DNA from: Gammaproteobacteria bacterium
Lineage (GTDB): Bacteria; Pseudomonadota; Gammaproteobacteria; Ga0077536
Direction of reading: 5' to 3'
NCBI GenBank assembly: GCA_963662545.2
Contig: CAXXLL010000003.1
Location: 2,752,001 to 2,816,000, forward strand
DNA: 64,000 nt
The notes under the pieces are model-generated. The model did no database searches. It saw nothing but the letters and a program-made list of their open reading frames with translations, and was not told the DNA's origin. Position numbers and translations under genes: made by a program. Within the stretch, counting starts at the first letter, position 1. Each line of letters begins with the position of its first letter. Below, piece by piece: positions 33,949 to 46,444 of the stretch.

Positions 33949-34528
33949 ATTGTAGCAATCCGGGGTGAGAGAGGGAGCTACAACAGAGCTGGACGCCAGC
34001 CCCATTCGTTGATGTTGACGGTACAGCGGCAGGTGATAAGCGAACTTATCAACCAGCATCCCCGCAACCACACTCACATCCGCCATTGACAGCGTGAGAT
34101 TGTAGCAATCCGGGGTGAGAGAGGGAGCTACAACCTGTATGAATGCGTGGCGATTGTCCAGACGATTGTAGCAATCCGGGGTGAGAGAGGGAGCTACAAC
34201 TTAGGCTCCTTTTCGGACACGACCTCGATCATTGTAGCAATCCGGGGTGAGAGAGGGAGCTACAACCGCTAATGCTCTGTGCCGCAATCCAAAATAATTG
34301 TAGCAATCCGGGGTGAGAGAGGGAGCTACAACCCATTGTCACGACACAATGAAGCGGCTACAGACAAGATTGTAGCAATCCGGGGTGAGAGAGGGAGCTA
34401 CAACACCTACGCCGTCTGCGCCTGTCGGACCTGTATTGTAGCAATCCGGGGTGAGAGAGGGAGCTACAACCCGGGCTAAGTCAGTGAAAACACCATCAAC
34501 ATTGTAGCAATCCGGGGTGAGAGAGGGA
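33949..34528 (-). CRISPR. CRISPR array: 7 full and 1 truncated 36-bp repeats; 7 spacers (114, 30, 30, 30, 36, 30, 30 bp)
   Basis: Minus-strand repeat GTTGTAGCTCCCTCTCTCACCCCGGATTGCTACAAT, Neisseria II-C-like; plus-strand starts 33949, 34099, 34165, 34231, 34297, 34369, 34435, 34501. Confidence 0.97.
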
Positions 34529-36878
34529 GTAACCGGTTAAACGGCGACGTCTTGAATTCGTTTCTGCGGTGTGTTGGTCACGGCCAAATCAGACCGTAGC
34601 GGGTTATCACTGAACATCGATTTCCATACCCGCGGCGTCAACTGCTCCACCGCACTATCCGGATGGATCGCGATCCGTTGCAGCACATCGACCAGGTAGG
34701 TATACGGGTTGATACCGTGCAAGCGACACGTGCAGAGCAAACTCTGGATGATCCCAACATGCTCGGCACCCACCTCCGTCCAGCAAAACAACCACGCCTT
34801 GCGCCCCATCGGGATAGGCCGAAGTGCACGCTCTAAGTGATTGGTATCAATGGCGACACTCGGATCTGATAGATAAATCCGCAATGCGCCCTCACGCTCA
34901 CTCGCATAACCGACAGCTTTAGTAAACGGTTGGCTGGGTAATAAGTCCAGCCGCTGGCGTTGCCCATGCAACCAAGCAAAGAACGCATCCACCGCCGGCA
35001 AAGCATGTAAACCGCGAGTCGCCTGCGTCGCCACTGCCTCCATTTGTTGCTTGCGGATAGTGGCCTCAACCGTATACAGCTGACCTATCAGTTCAAGCGC
35101 GGCATGGGCGCCTGGTGGGTCATCTGACAACGCCCGTTCGAATTGGCGTCTTGTATGGGCCCAGCATTGCGCGTGCACCACATCCTCGTGTTCAATCGCA
35201 TAGCGGGTATAAGCCGCCGCACCATCCGTTAACAGCGTGCCCTTAAAGTCCAACAAGGTCTTCTCGATATGCGTGCGCGCTTTACTCGGCGCAAAGGTAA
35301 ATGCGATTTCATCCGCCTCGCCATAGATCGGCCAATACCAGGCCGTTCTCATCTTGCCTTTACCTGCGCGGCCCGCCTTGACCGGCGTCTCGTCCATCGC
35401 CAGCGTCTTCGATTGCAAGATATGCCGTAACAGCGCCAGATAAATCGGTTGCAGTAAGCCGCTCGCTTTCTTCACCCATTGCGTCAAGCTAGCACGCGAT
35501 ACCGTAATGCCATTCATCGCCAGTCGCTGATGTTGGCGATACAACGGTAAGTGATAGGCGAATTTGTCGACCAGCATCCCAGCGACCACACTCACATCCA
35601 CCATGCTGCCGGGCCACAGACCTTCCGGCGCCGCAAGGGTAACGATTTGACCATCGCGCTTGCGCTTCACCACCGGCCGGATGTACTTCAATACCACATA
35701 CGCCCCCGGCCGTTGCGCTAACCGATAGGTCACCTTCTCGCTAATCGATTCAAAGTCACCCGCCAGGTCTGCCGGTACCGATAAGCGGATGGTTTGGATC
35801 GGCACCGAGTCATCAAACCGCAAGCCTTGCTCGGTCACACAATCCGCATCACGACGCTTACCTTTGCGCCGTTGATACGTAATGGTTTCTTTCTCAACTT
35901 GCGCTGCCTCAGGCCGCGCTACGTTAAAGCCATCCAGTTGCGGTTGGTCCGGATTGGGCTCGATTAAACGCCGTTCAGACTTGCGGCCGAACAGTTGGCG
36001 TTTGAACCAGTCGAGTTGATGGGTGAGTTGTGCGACTTGCGATTTAAGGGCGGTGATTTCTGCTTGTAACATCGTCGCATCGAGGGGAGTGCAGTGTGAC
36101 GCAGCCCTCTTTCATGAGCGTGAATTATAACGTTTGCACGCTTGAACGTCGATCGTTTTCAGGTAAATTAAAACGCCTTAATCGACGCACTGAACGTAAG
36201 TCGATGCCTTCAATAATGCATTGCCATTCGCTACGTTGGAGCCGCTGTTTGACGTCGCTGTCCCAACGTACTTGGAACTGACCGCGCTCTAATCGTTTAC
36301 TCCAGATACAATAACCATCTACTTCAAAGTACAACGCCTTCAGCAATGTCCGTCGGCGATTCACAAAAACGTACAACGCACCGTCGAGCGGGTCTTCGTT
36401 TAAGCCTTGGCGGACCAAAGCCGACAAGCCGTGAAAAGATTTACGCATGTCGGTCGGCGACCGGCACAACCAAATGCGCAAACCGCAAGGCGCTGACCAC
36501 ATCAGCGACGCGCCAACCGCAACACAATATCGGGGCCCAGGGTGACCTCGACATCCCAACCATCATTTGACGATGACCGTGGCGGTGATAACTCAATGAA
36601 GGGGATTGTTTGTGACGCGGTTTGCTCCGCCCCGGATAATGCCGACTTCCAGCGCGCAAAGGTTGAATAACCGATGCCGCGTTGCGCGCAAAAAGCTTTG
36701 ACCGAGAGCCCACTTTGGGCTTGCTCTGCGAACAATGCTCGCCACGCGGCGGGTGTACGGCGCTTCCAGCGGGATTTGCGTTGTGGTGTCATGTGCCAGG
36801 CTCCTAACGGGACGGAAAACCTGGCAAACTAACTCACTGCCATTTAAATCGGAATGACGGTCTGGTTTAACCGCTTAC
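34529..36878 (-). mobile_element. IS66 element 2 (tnpA 36502-36792, tnpB 36125-36502, tnpC 34537-36072), inserted in a CRISPR repeat
   Basis: GTAACCGGTTAAAC..GTTTAACCGCTTAC IRs; paralog of element 1; no TSD. Confidence 0.93.
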
Positions 36879-39000
36879 GTTCCTACGACCGGGTCGCCGC
36901 GTTCGCACGAGCTTGGCGGGCGCAGCAGCAAGAAGCAGTAAAAGCGAGCCGCGCCGCGTTTGTCCCGCTGGTGTTTGCACCAGGAGAAGCGTTTCAATTC
37001 GACTGGAGTGACGACTGCACGGATGCAGGAGGTAGAGCAATGCAGGAGCAATTGCCGAAGATTGGGCAGTGATCGGTGGCGAGCGCCGTAAGCTGATGGT
37101 CGCGCATTTCAAGCTGTCTTATAGCCGTGCGTTCATCCTCAGGGCCTACCCGTTGCAGACCCACGAGATGCTCTTCGACGCCCACAACCACGGGTTAGCG
37201 GTGCTCGGCGGTGTGCCGCAGCGCGGCATTTACGACAACATGAAGACGGCGGTGGATCGTGTCGGCCGAGGCAAAGCCCGAGCGGTCAACGCGCGTTTCC
37301 AAGCAATGGCCAGTCACTTCTTATTCGAGGCCACATTTTGTAACCCCGCCGCCGGCTGGGAGAAGGGCCAGGTCGAGAAAGGGGTGAGAGACTCACGGTC
37401 GCGACTGTGGCACGACGCGCCGAAGTTTGCCGACCTGGACGAACTCAACACCTGGTTGAGTGCGCGTTGTCAGACTCTATGGCACGAAGTCCGCCATCCG
37501 GAGCAGCCGACACAGACCATCGCTGAGGTCTGGGCGGATGAACGACCGGCGCTGATGCGGATGCCACCACCGTTTGATGGATTCATCGAACACACCAAAC
37601 GCGTCTCGCCAACGTGTTTGATCGCGTTCGAACGTAATCGTTACAGCGTACCCGCGGCTTTCGCGAACCATGCTGTGAGCTTACGGGTTTACGCGGACCG
37701 CCTCGTCGTTGCCGCCGAAGGTCATCCAGTCGTTGAACATCCTCGATTGTTTGCGCAAGGCCATGACCGTGTGGCGCAAGTGTTATACGACTGGCGTCAT
37801 TATCTGGCGGTGCTACAACGCAAACCGGGTGCATTGCGCAACGGTGCACCATTTGCGGAACTGCCAGCAGCCTTCAAACGCCTCCAGTCAATGCTGCTCA
37901 AACGTCCTGGAGGAGACCGCGAGATGGTCGACATCCTGGCGTTGGTGTTACACCACGACGAACAGACCGTGTTGTGTGCGGTAGAACTCGCGCTTGAAAC
38001 CGGCGCACCATCGAAGCAGCACGTTATAAATATTCTAAACCGGTTGCTCGCAGCAACCGCGCCGGCGCCTATCGACACGCCGGCTGGATTAAGTTTGACT
38101 GCAGAGCCGCAAGCCAATGTCGATCGCTACGATCACTTACGGGAGCGCATGCATGCCAGCTGAGGCCATGGTGACGACCTTAAAATCGTTAAAACTTCAC
38201 GGCATGGCTGACGCTATCGGTGAACTCGCTCAACAACAAGCGCCCGCTTATCACCAAGCCGAGCCGCTGCTAGAGTCACTGCTCAAAGCGGAAGTTGCAG
38301 AGCGTGAAGTGCGCTCGATCAACTATCAAATGAAAGTGGCTCGCTTCCCGGCATACCGTGACTTGGCTGGTTTCAACTGCGCCGAGAGCGCCGTTGACCA
38401 AACGCTGGTGAAGTCTCTCCATGCCGGTGATTTCATCGACGACGCACACCACGTCGTGTTCATCGGCGGACCTGGGACAGGCAAGACCCATTTAGCAACG
38501 GCGATTGGCGTCCATGCGATCAGACATCTTCATCTGCGCGTTCGCTGCTTCTCTACCATCGAACTTGTCAACCTGATCGAGCAAGAAAAGGCAGACGGCA
38601 AACCCGGACAAATGGCTAATCGTCTTGTCCATGCCGATCTCGTCATTCTCGATGAACTCGGTTATTTACCATTCTCGCGAGCGGGCGGCGCATTGCTCTT
38701 CCATTTACTGAGCAAGCTATACGAACGTACCAGCGTCGTCATCACGACGAATCTCAGTTTTTCTGAATGGTCGAGCGTGTTCGTCGACCCGAAAATGACG
38801 ACCGCACTTTTGGACCGATTCACGCATCACTGCCATATCGCTGAGACTGGCAATGATAGCTATCGATTCAAAAACAGTTCAATACGCGAGAAAAAGGAAA
38901 AGAAGACTAGAAAATTATCAAAGTAACGAGCCATACTGGCTCTTCCGGGTGGGTCAATTTTCAATGCAAATCCCGGATCACTTTTCGATGCAACTCAACA
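36879..39000 (+). mobile_element. IS21 element 1, 5' truncated (istA remnant 36879-38163 with frameshifting insertion; istB 38153-38926)
   Basis: GIYDNMKTAV, WEKGQVE; Ist[17 protein letters not shown]; end ..CAACTCAACA. Confidence 0.9.
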
Positions 39001-39414
39001 CATACACAAATGACTTGAGATAATGACAACGATTTAATATTGTTCTGATGCGCATTGGGATTGTTGTTAACCATCTTGTTACTCTCTCAAGTACTATGAT
39101 GATTCTCTTCCCAATGCGCTTCAACTATGCTTTTGTCATTTATCTACCCACAGATTCTGCGGAAGAGCCTTATTGTTTAAGCGGGTAGTCTTAGGTGCTC
39201 AATCCAGTGCCCACTTTTATCCTTCGGGGCGCGCCATTTTTTCGATTGTCACTTCGAGCAGTTGGCGTTTCTTCCGTTGACTGTTTTTTGTTTCAGCAAT
39301 ACCAGTGCCGGAGTATTGCCGGACTTTGTACAGTATTAGAATATTTATTCTAGTTCATTTCCGAATCGTGATATCTATATATTTATGATCATAGATTTCA
39401 TCGATCTATTAAAA

Positions 39415-40623
39415 CTACAGCAACCAATGAGTGGTGGGTTGTTTCAGCCGAACTCGGCCATACACTTCCTTGATGATCTCTTCATTCATGGCCTCGTGCA
39501 TGGTCATGGCGTTGATGTCACGATAGAAGCGTTGCATGGGACTTAGCTCATGCAGTGAAGAACCTCCAGAATCCTGGAACAGGATATTGACCACTTCCCG
39601 GCAGAGATGCATGGCATGTACCCCATATAATCTTATTCGAGCCCGTTCTTCCGCACCTAATACCTTCTCATTGTTTATTGCAGCGTCAAATGACAGATCA
39701 CAGGCATGGTCTGTCATCAATATAGCGGATTCCAGTTTCGCCGTGACATCACCCAAGTTGCGATGGGTTGATGACAAACGCTTTTTGGGAATGTCATCGG
39801 TATAAACCATTGGCCTGGCTGAACGGTTTTGAATCAAGTCCTCATAATGTTCCAATGCGCCGACTGCAGCGCCAACAGTTGTGCCTGAACCTAATGAAAC
39901 TGCAAGTAGTGCCCCGAACGGAGCACGATAGAGTAAAGGTCTTGAGGTACCACATTTGTGCACCAGGGCAGTTTCCGCTTTTAACATCCTGTGCTCAGGT
40001 ACAAAGTATTCGTCCTCCTTTAACCGCACACTGTTACTCCCACTCGCCTTGAGACCAGCCACATACCAATCGTCATTAATCGCGATTTCATCGGGTGGTA
40101 TCAGGAAAAACGCCTTGTTATGTCCCGGTGGCAATCCGGGTAATTGTGCGCCCAAAATAAACCAATCCGCATTATGGGAACCGGAGCAAAACGGCCAGAC
40201 GCTGTTCTTTAATATATAACCACCATTGACTTTAGTCGCCGTGGTTCGGTCGGGAAGAATACCGGATATACCAGCATTTGGATCGGTACCGAACACTTCT
40301 TCCTGAGCCTGTTCCGGAAACATCGCCATCACATAAGTATGACAGGACATCACACTGTAAACCCAACTGGAAGAGGGACAGGCCTTGGCAATTTCAGCTG
40401 CGATGCGCCAAAAATAACGGGGATGCAATTCATATCCACCAAAACGCACTGGCACATAGGCACGAAACAGATCAGCTTCTTTCATGGCTTTGAAAGAATC
40501 TGCATGGACATGTCGCTGTTGCTCTGCCTCTGCGGCACGTTCACGTAAATCCGGTGCCAACGCACTGGCCTTTTCGATAAGCGTTGTCGCTAATTCCCGT
40601 TGATCGCTGGCAGTTGTATTCAT
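39415..40623 (-). CDS. Acyl-CoA dehydrogenase-fold flavin-dependent monooxygenase (HsaA-like)
   Basis: VPVRFGGYE, WPFCSGS, DDWYVAGLKASGSNS, PMQRFYRD; start at MNTTAS. Confidence 0.85.
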   Translation of the reverse strand: MNTTASDQRELATTLIEKASALAPDLRERAAEAEQQRHVHADSFKAMKEADLFRAYVPVRFGGYELHPRYFWRIAAEIAKACPSSSWVYSVMSCHTYVMAMFPEQAQEEVFGTDPNAGISGILPDRTTATKVNGGYILKNSVWPFCSGSHNADWFILGAQLPGLPPGHNKAFFLIPPDEIAINDDWYVAGLKASGSNSVRLKEDEYFVPEHRMLKAETALVHKCGTSRPLLYRAPFGALLAVSLGSGTTVGAAVGALEHYEDLIQNRSARPMVYTDDIPKKRLSSTHRNLGDVTAKLESAILMTDHACDLSFDAAINNEKVLGAEERARIRLYGVHAMHLCREVVNILFQDSGGSSLHELSPMQRFYRDINAMTMHEAMNEEIIKEVYGRVRLKQPTTHWLL

Positions 40624-40633
40624 ACTTTCCTGC

Positions 40634-40870
40634 TCAAGTGTTTTTATGACTGCCGTCACAGAGGAATAATTTGCCACTACGTTTACAGCCACACAACCAT
40701 TTGGATTCCGTTGCCGTGAGTTCAAATTTCACCGGAGTAAAGTCACTACCTTGATGGGAACCATCACAAAAAGGTTGGTTAGAAGAACGACCACAGCTAC
40801 ACCAGAAATAAACACCCGCTTCGAGTTCCACCCCATAGGGACCACTTTGTGGACAATCCGGCTCGCTCAT
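40634..40870 (-). CDS. CDGSH iron-sulfur domain protein
   Basis: Two CxC..CDGSH motifs. Confidence 0.93.
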   Translation of the reverse strand: MSEPDCPQSGPYGVELEAGVYFWCSCGRSSNQPFCDGSHQGSDFTPVKFELTATESKWLCGCKRSGKLFLCDGSHKNT

Positions 40871-40949
40871 GACGTTTCCACATTAATTAATTTTGTTACT
40901 GCCAAATACTCCCACAGCACCTGAGTTTCGACAAGTTAAATAGAGAATA

Positions 40950-41724
40950 GCGTACTGACAACTTAACTCTCGAAAATGGATAATTCCGGAATGAATATCT
41001 ACAAACGTTACCGGTTCCCACCTGAGATCATCAGCTATGCAGTCTGGCTTTACTGCAGATTCAACCTCAGCCACCGTGATATCGAAGATTTGCTTGCTCA
41101 GCGAGGCATCACCGTCACCTACGAAACCATTCGGCTCTGGTGTATCAAGTTCGGTCCCAGGTTCGCCAGGCGACTGAAGCGAAAGCATCATGGCTACGGC
41201 GATACCTTCTGCATCGATGAAGTCTTCGTGCAGATCAATGGCAAACAGCATTATCTATGGCGGGCAGTCGATCAGGATGGTGAAGGGGTGGACGTGTTTC
41301 TCCAAAGCCGTAGAGATGGCGCGGCTGCAAAGCGTTTCTTCAAGCGCTTACTGAGAAGCCATGGCGGCGAACCCAGGCGGATCGTGACAGACAAATTGCG
41401 GAGTTATTGCGTGGCGCATCGGGAGATTATTCCTGAAGCGATACACGATACAGCGCAATATGCTAATAATCGAGCAGAGCAATCGCACGAACTAACCAGC
41501 GTGAGGGAGCGCGGGATGCGGAGATTCAAGTCACCAAGGCACGCGGGAAGATTCTTGACTGTTCACGCTGCCGTTTACAACTTGTTCAATCTGGGTCGTC
41601 ACTTAGTCAAAGCCGCACATTATCGAAATCTCAGGGAAGATGCGTTTAATAATTGGTCATCGGCAGTGGCGTAAAACTGGAGAGCAAAATTCTGCGGTCC
41701 AGGGACAATAACTTGTCAGTACGC
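40950..41724 (+). mobile_element. IS6-family element; transposase 40976-41674
   Basis: IS6 motifs; IRs GCGTACTGACAA / TTGTCAGTACGC. Confidence 0.9.
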
Positions 41725-41758
41725 TTGCGGGTGTTCTGCACACCCGCCTTCTTCAGAT

Positions 41759-43073
<1,315 letters not shown>

Positions 43074-43299
43074 GAGGTGCTCGGAAATATTTCTTTGTAT
43101 GTTATCTCTTTCGTCTTGATCCATCTAAACCGGAGTTTACAATGCGAGGGGGTACCCCCCAAATCAGTATTTGGGACTCCTATATGTACCTTTACATAGC
43201 AACCCGCACGTCCGATGGGGTTCCTTCCGAGTTAGCCCACGCACCGCGCTACGTTGCCTTCGTATGACAATCTAACGGCACGGGGTTTAACTGGCTTAG

Positions 43300-43484
43300 T
43301 GTGAGGAGTAAGCTGAGCGGGGCCGTTAAAGCCTCTGATGAGTGCACCCGAAGTGATCGCTGAAGCGATACTTGAATACGAGCAGGCAGGTATCTCACAT
43401 TTACAAGTGTGCCTGGAACCGACCGAGACCAAAACCATAGAAGCGTTTGCCGCGGTTCTTGAAGCGGTAGATAAAGCAAGTTAG
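43300..43484 (+). pseudogene. 3' remnant of an LLM-class flavin oxidoreductase
   Basis: ..PEVIAEAILEYEQAGISHLQVCLEP..IEAFAAVLE*. Confidence 0.5.
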
Positions 43485-43492
43485 GAGACACC

Positions 43493-44122
43493 ATGGAAAT
43501 CATTCAAGCGACCTCGGCACATGTCGATAAATTTATCGATGACTTACCAGAGCTGATGCATGCGACCGGTCCGGCCGCCTACGACTATCAATTTTTAAGC
43601 CGCAAATATTTGGACCCGATCGTGCGATCCTCCTGGGCCACCGAAGGTAGCTTGTTCGGATTTGACGGCTGTCGACTTGCGATCGAGGGTGACGAACTTC
43701 TCGGCATCGAGGTCGGGTGGCCCGGCCCGGAGTTCGAACTCCGTAAAAAAGCCTTGGCGCCGATATGGGGGACATTGATCGAAGACGGCACCGTACCGCA
43801 GGATGATTTGGCCGAGATGGGTAAGCGTACCTATTTGGCAAGTTATTTGAACGTCGCGATTCCAAAACCGGTGCATTACATTCATGCCTTAGCCGTTAAG
43901 CCCGAACATCGCGGAAAGGGCATCGGTGCAGCGCTAGTGCGCCATGCCATGCAGCTCGGTAAGGACGCGGGGCAACGCGGACTGCATCTGGACGTACTTT
44001 CAGATAATCCCGCGGTCGAATTTTACCGTGCGCTGGGTATGGAGTGTCTTGCGGAAACGCGCGCGCCGATTCCATTCGACCACGGTTGCCCGGTGGAAAT
44101 GCGGATGGCGATTGATTTTTGA
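43493..44122 (+). CDS. GNAT-family N-acetyltransferase
   Basis: LAVKPEHRGKGIG, NPAVEFYRALG. Confidence 0.9.
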   Translation: MEIIQATSAHVDKFIDDLPELMHATGPAAYDYQFLSRKYLDPIVRSSWATEGSLFGFDGCRLAIEGDELLGIEVGWPGPEFELRKKALAPIWGTLIEDGTVPQDDLAEMGKRTYLASYLNVAIPKPVHYIHALAVKPEHRGKGIGAALVRHAMQLGKDAGQRGLHLDVLSDNPAVEFYRALGMECLAETRAPIPFDHGCPVEMRMAIDF

Positions 44123-44365
44123 CTGCACGAGCCATTGTCATCGGCAAAGATATTTCTCACGCGTTTCGAACAACAATCATTTCTGCATAGCGTAGCGCTA
44201 CTGCTGGCTTCAAAGGCGCACAAATACGCGCAATGGGGGCGTCAAAATCCCGGTACTTCGGCTGAACAAATAGCCGTATTGTGCGATGCGCGGTATGATG
44301 GGGCCATCATCCTGATGTCGTCGCGCTTAGGCATTGGGCGTTTAGAGTAAACGGGAGAATGCCTC

Positions 44366-46279
44366 ATGAGTTCGGTGCTACCTGATACGGGTGTTGATAG
44401 CCGGCACGGCAGATTTCCACTATCGGCCGACGAGAACATGGACCCCATCACCTTCTCGGTGATCCTGAACCGCTTCAACGCCATCGCCAGGGAGATGACA
44501 CTGACCCTCGAGCGGACGTCGTGGACGTCGATCCTGGCGTTGTCGCGCGATTTCTCCTGTGCCATCTATGATGCCAAGGCGCGCCAAGTGTGCATGATGG
44601 ACGCGCTGCCGGTCCACACCAACTCACTGCACTTGATCCTGAGGTCGATGGTTAATGCGTTCGAAGGCAACGTCTATGATGGCGACGTCATAGTCAGTAA
44701 CGATCCGTATAGCGGCAATACTCACGTTGGTGACTTCGTTACGGCCTGCCCCATATTTTACGAAGGCGAACATCGTTTCTGGGCCGTGACCAAGGGGCAT
44801 CAGCTCGACTGCGGTGCCTACGAGGCTACGAGCGTCGCACCGAGTGCGAAAAACGTTTGGCAAGAAGCGTTGCAATTACCGCCGATCAAATTCTACGAAA
44901 AAGGTGAACCTCGCCAAGACGTGATCAATATGTACCTCGCCAACGTCCGCTACAAGGACTTGCTCTACGGTGATCTCAAAGCGCAATTGGGTTCTATTTG
45001 GACCGGTAAACGGCGTATGATCGAACTCATCGACGAATATGGCCCTGAAGAGCTAAACCACTACGTCGAAGCGATCTTGGATTATGCCGACCGCCGTACT
45101 AGTGAGGAGATCCGCACTATCCCCGATGGCACCTATGTCGGCGAATCGTGGATCGACTCCGACGGGATGGGGAATACCAACCTCACGGTGCACGCGGAAG
45201 TGACGATCAAAGACGACCACGTGCACGTCGATTATGCGGGCAGCTCGCCGCAGGGCGCGGGGGGAGCCAACGGCACGCAGGGCGTTATGGAGGCGTCGTC
45301 CGGCATTCCGATCCTGACTGCAATTGATCCGGAGATACCGCATAACGACGGTTGCCTGCGGCACATCAGTTGTGAGGCGCCGGAAGGTTCGATTGTGAAA
45401 GCCAAATATCCGGCGGCAACCGCGATGGCGACGCTGACACCGGCAACTCAGGAAATGGAAGCGGTATGGAAGGCCCTAGCACAGGCTACCCCCGACCGGA
45501 CGTCAGCAGGTTACGGCAGCTTTCAATGTGCACCCTCGATTTCGGGTATTGATAACCGCGGCGACGAACCGGCCGAGTGGGCTGCAGTGTTCTTCAATGG
45601 CGCGTCTGGCGGGGGTGCTTCGAAAAATGCTGATGGGTGGCCCTTGACGATGCTGTCATCGGCCTTGGGCGGTTTGAAGATTGGGAGCGTTGAGGTTCAT
45701 GAACTCCTCTACCCCTTAATGGTTGACTATTGTCAGATTGAGACCGATTCCATGGGACAAGGCAAGACCATGGGAGGGGCAGGTATTCGTGTTGGCGTGC
45801 AGCCCTATGGAGCGCCCATGCATTGCTACGGGTCGGGCGACGGCGCGGCGAACCCTCCGTTCGGCGTGTTCGGCGGTACCTGCGGGATCGGCGGTGGCAA
45901 CTACCGCGAAACCCTCGACACTGGGCACCGCGATTACTGTTCAGCTAAAGGTTACATGCAGATCGATCCCGGGCAGATCTGGGTGGGTGTATCCTCGGGT
46001 GGCGGCGGGTTCGGCGATCCTCTGGAGCGTCCCGCGGACAAGGTATGTGAGCACGTCCGCGACGAGTTCATCAGCTTCGCGACGGCGCGTGATGTCTACG
46101 GCGTGGTGCTCGATCCCGTGACGTTCCAGTTCGACGAACAGGGCACGGAAAAACTGCGCGCGAAGATCGCACAGGATCGCGGCGAAGTACCGCTGATTCA
46201 ACCGACCGCGCCAGACGCCGCGACCTGGTTGAAGGAAAACATGCGCGAGGGCGACGACTACCTGCTCGATCCGCAATAG
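44366..46279 (+). CDS. Hydantoinase B/oxoprolinase family protein
   Basis: DFSCAIYD, NDPYSGNTH..D, GGGGFGDP. Confidence 0.9.
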   Translation: MSSVLPDTGVDSRHGRFPLSADENMDPITFSVILNRFNAIAREMTLTLERTSWTSILALSRDFSCAIYDAKARQVCMMDALPVHTNSLHLILRSMVNAFEGNVYDGDVIVSNDPYSGNTHVGDFVTACPIFYEGEHRFWAVTKGHQLDCGAYEATSVAPSAKNVWQEALQLPPIKFYEKGEPRQDVINMYLANVRYKDLLYGDLKAQLGSIWTGKRRMIELIDEYGPEELNHYVEAILDYADRRTSEEIRTIPDGTYVGESWIDSDGMGNTNLTVHAEVTIKDDHVHVDYAGSSPQGAGGANGTQGVMEASSGIPILTAIDPEIPHNDGCLRHISCEAPEGSIVKAKYPAATAMATLTPATQEMEAVWKALAQATPDRTSAGYGSFQCAPSISGIDNRGDEPAEWAAVFFNGASGGGASKNADGWPLTMLSSALGGLKIGSVEVHELLYPLMVDYCQIETDSMGQGKTMGGAGIRVGVQPYGAPMHCYGSGDGAANPPFGVFGGTCGIGGGNYRETLDTGHRDYCSAKGYMQIDPGQIWVGVSSGGGGFGDPLERPADKVCEHVRDEFISFATARDVYGVVLDPVTFQFDEQGTEKLRAKIAQDRGEVPLIQPTAPDAATWLKENMREGDDYLLDPQ

Positions 46280-46444
46280 TCTTGTTGACGCCGTCGCCTG
46301 CCCGGGATGGGCTTAATTGCGTCCTGTGGATCCTGAGAACGGGTGCGCGCTGTAACGTGTCTGCTCCAGAGTAACAATTCTTCCTAATTTGGCGACATAT
46401 GAGTTTTTACTCTGACCCCGATTTTTCAAATGGATCGAACAACT

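Noticed and set aside
26909-36878. CRISPR-associated transposon (Cas9 plus adjacent transposases)
   Set aside because: IS66 and IS6 have their own IRs/TSDs and disrupt the locus; no TnsABC/TniQ; Cas9 nuclease motifs are intact
39001-39170. Possible IS end (GATTCTGCGGAAGAGCC)
   Set aside because: No partner IR or transposase visible
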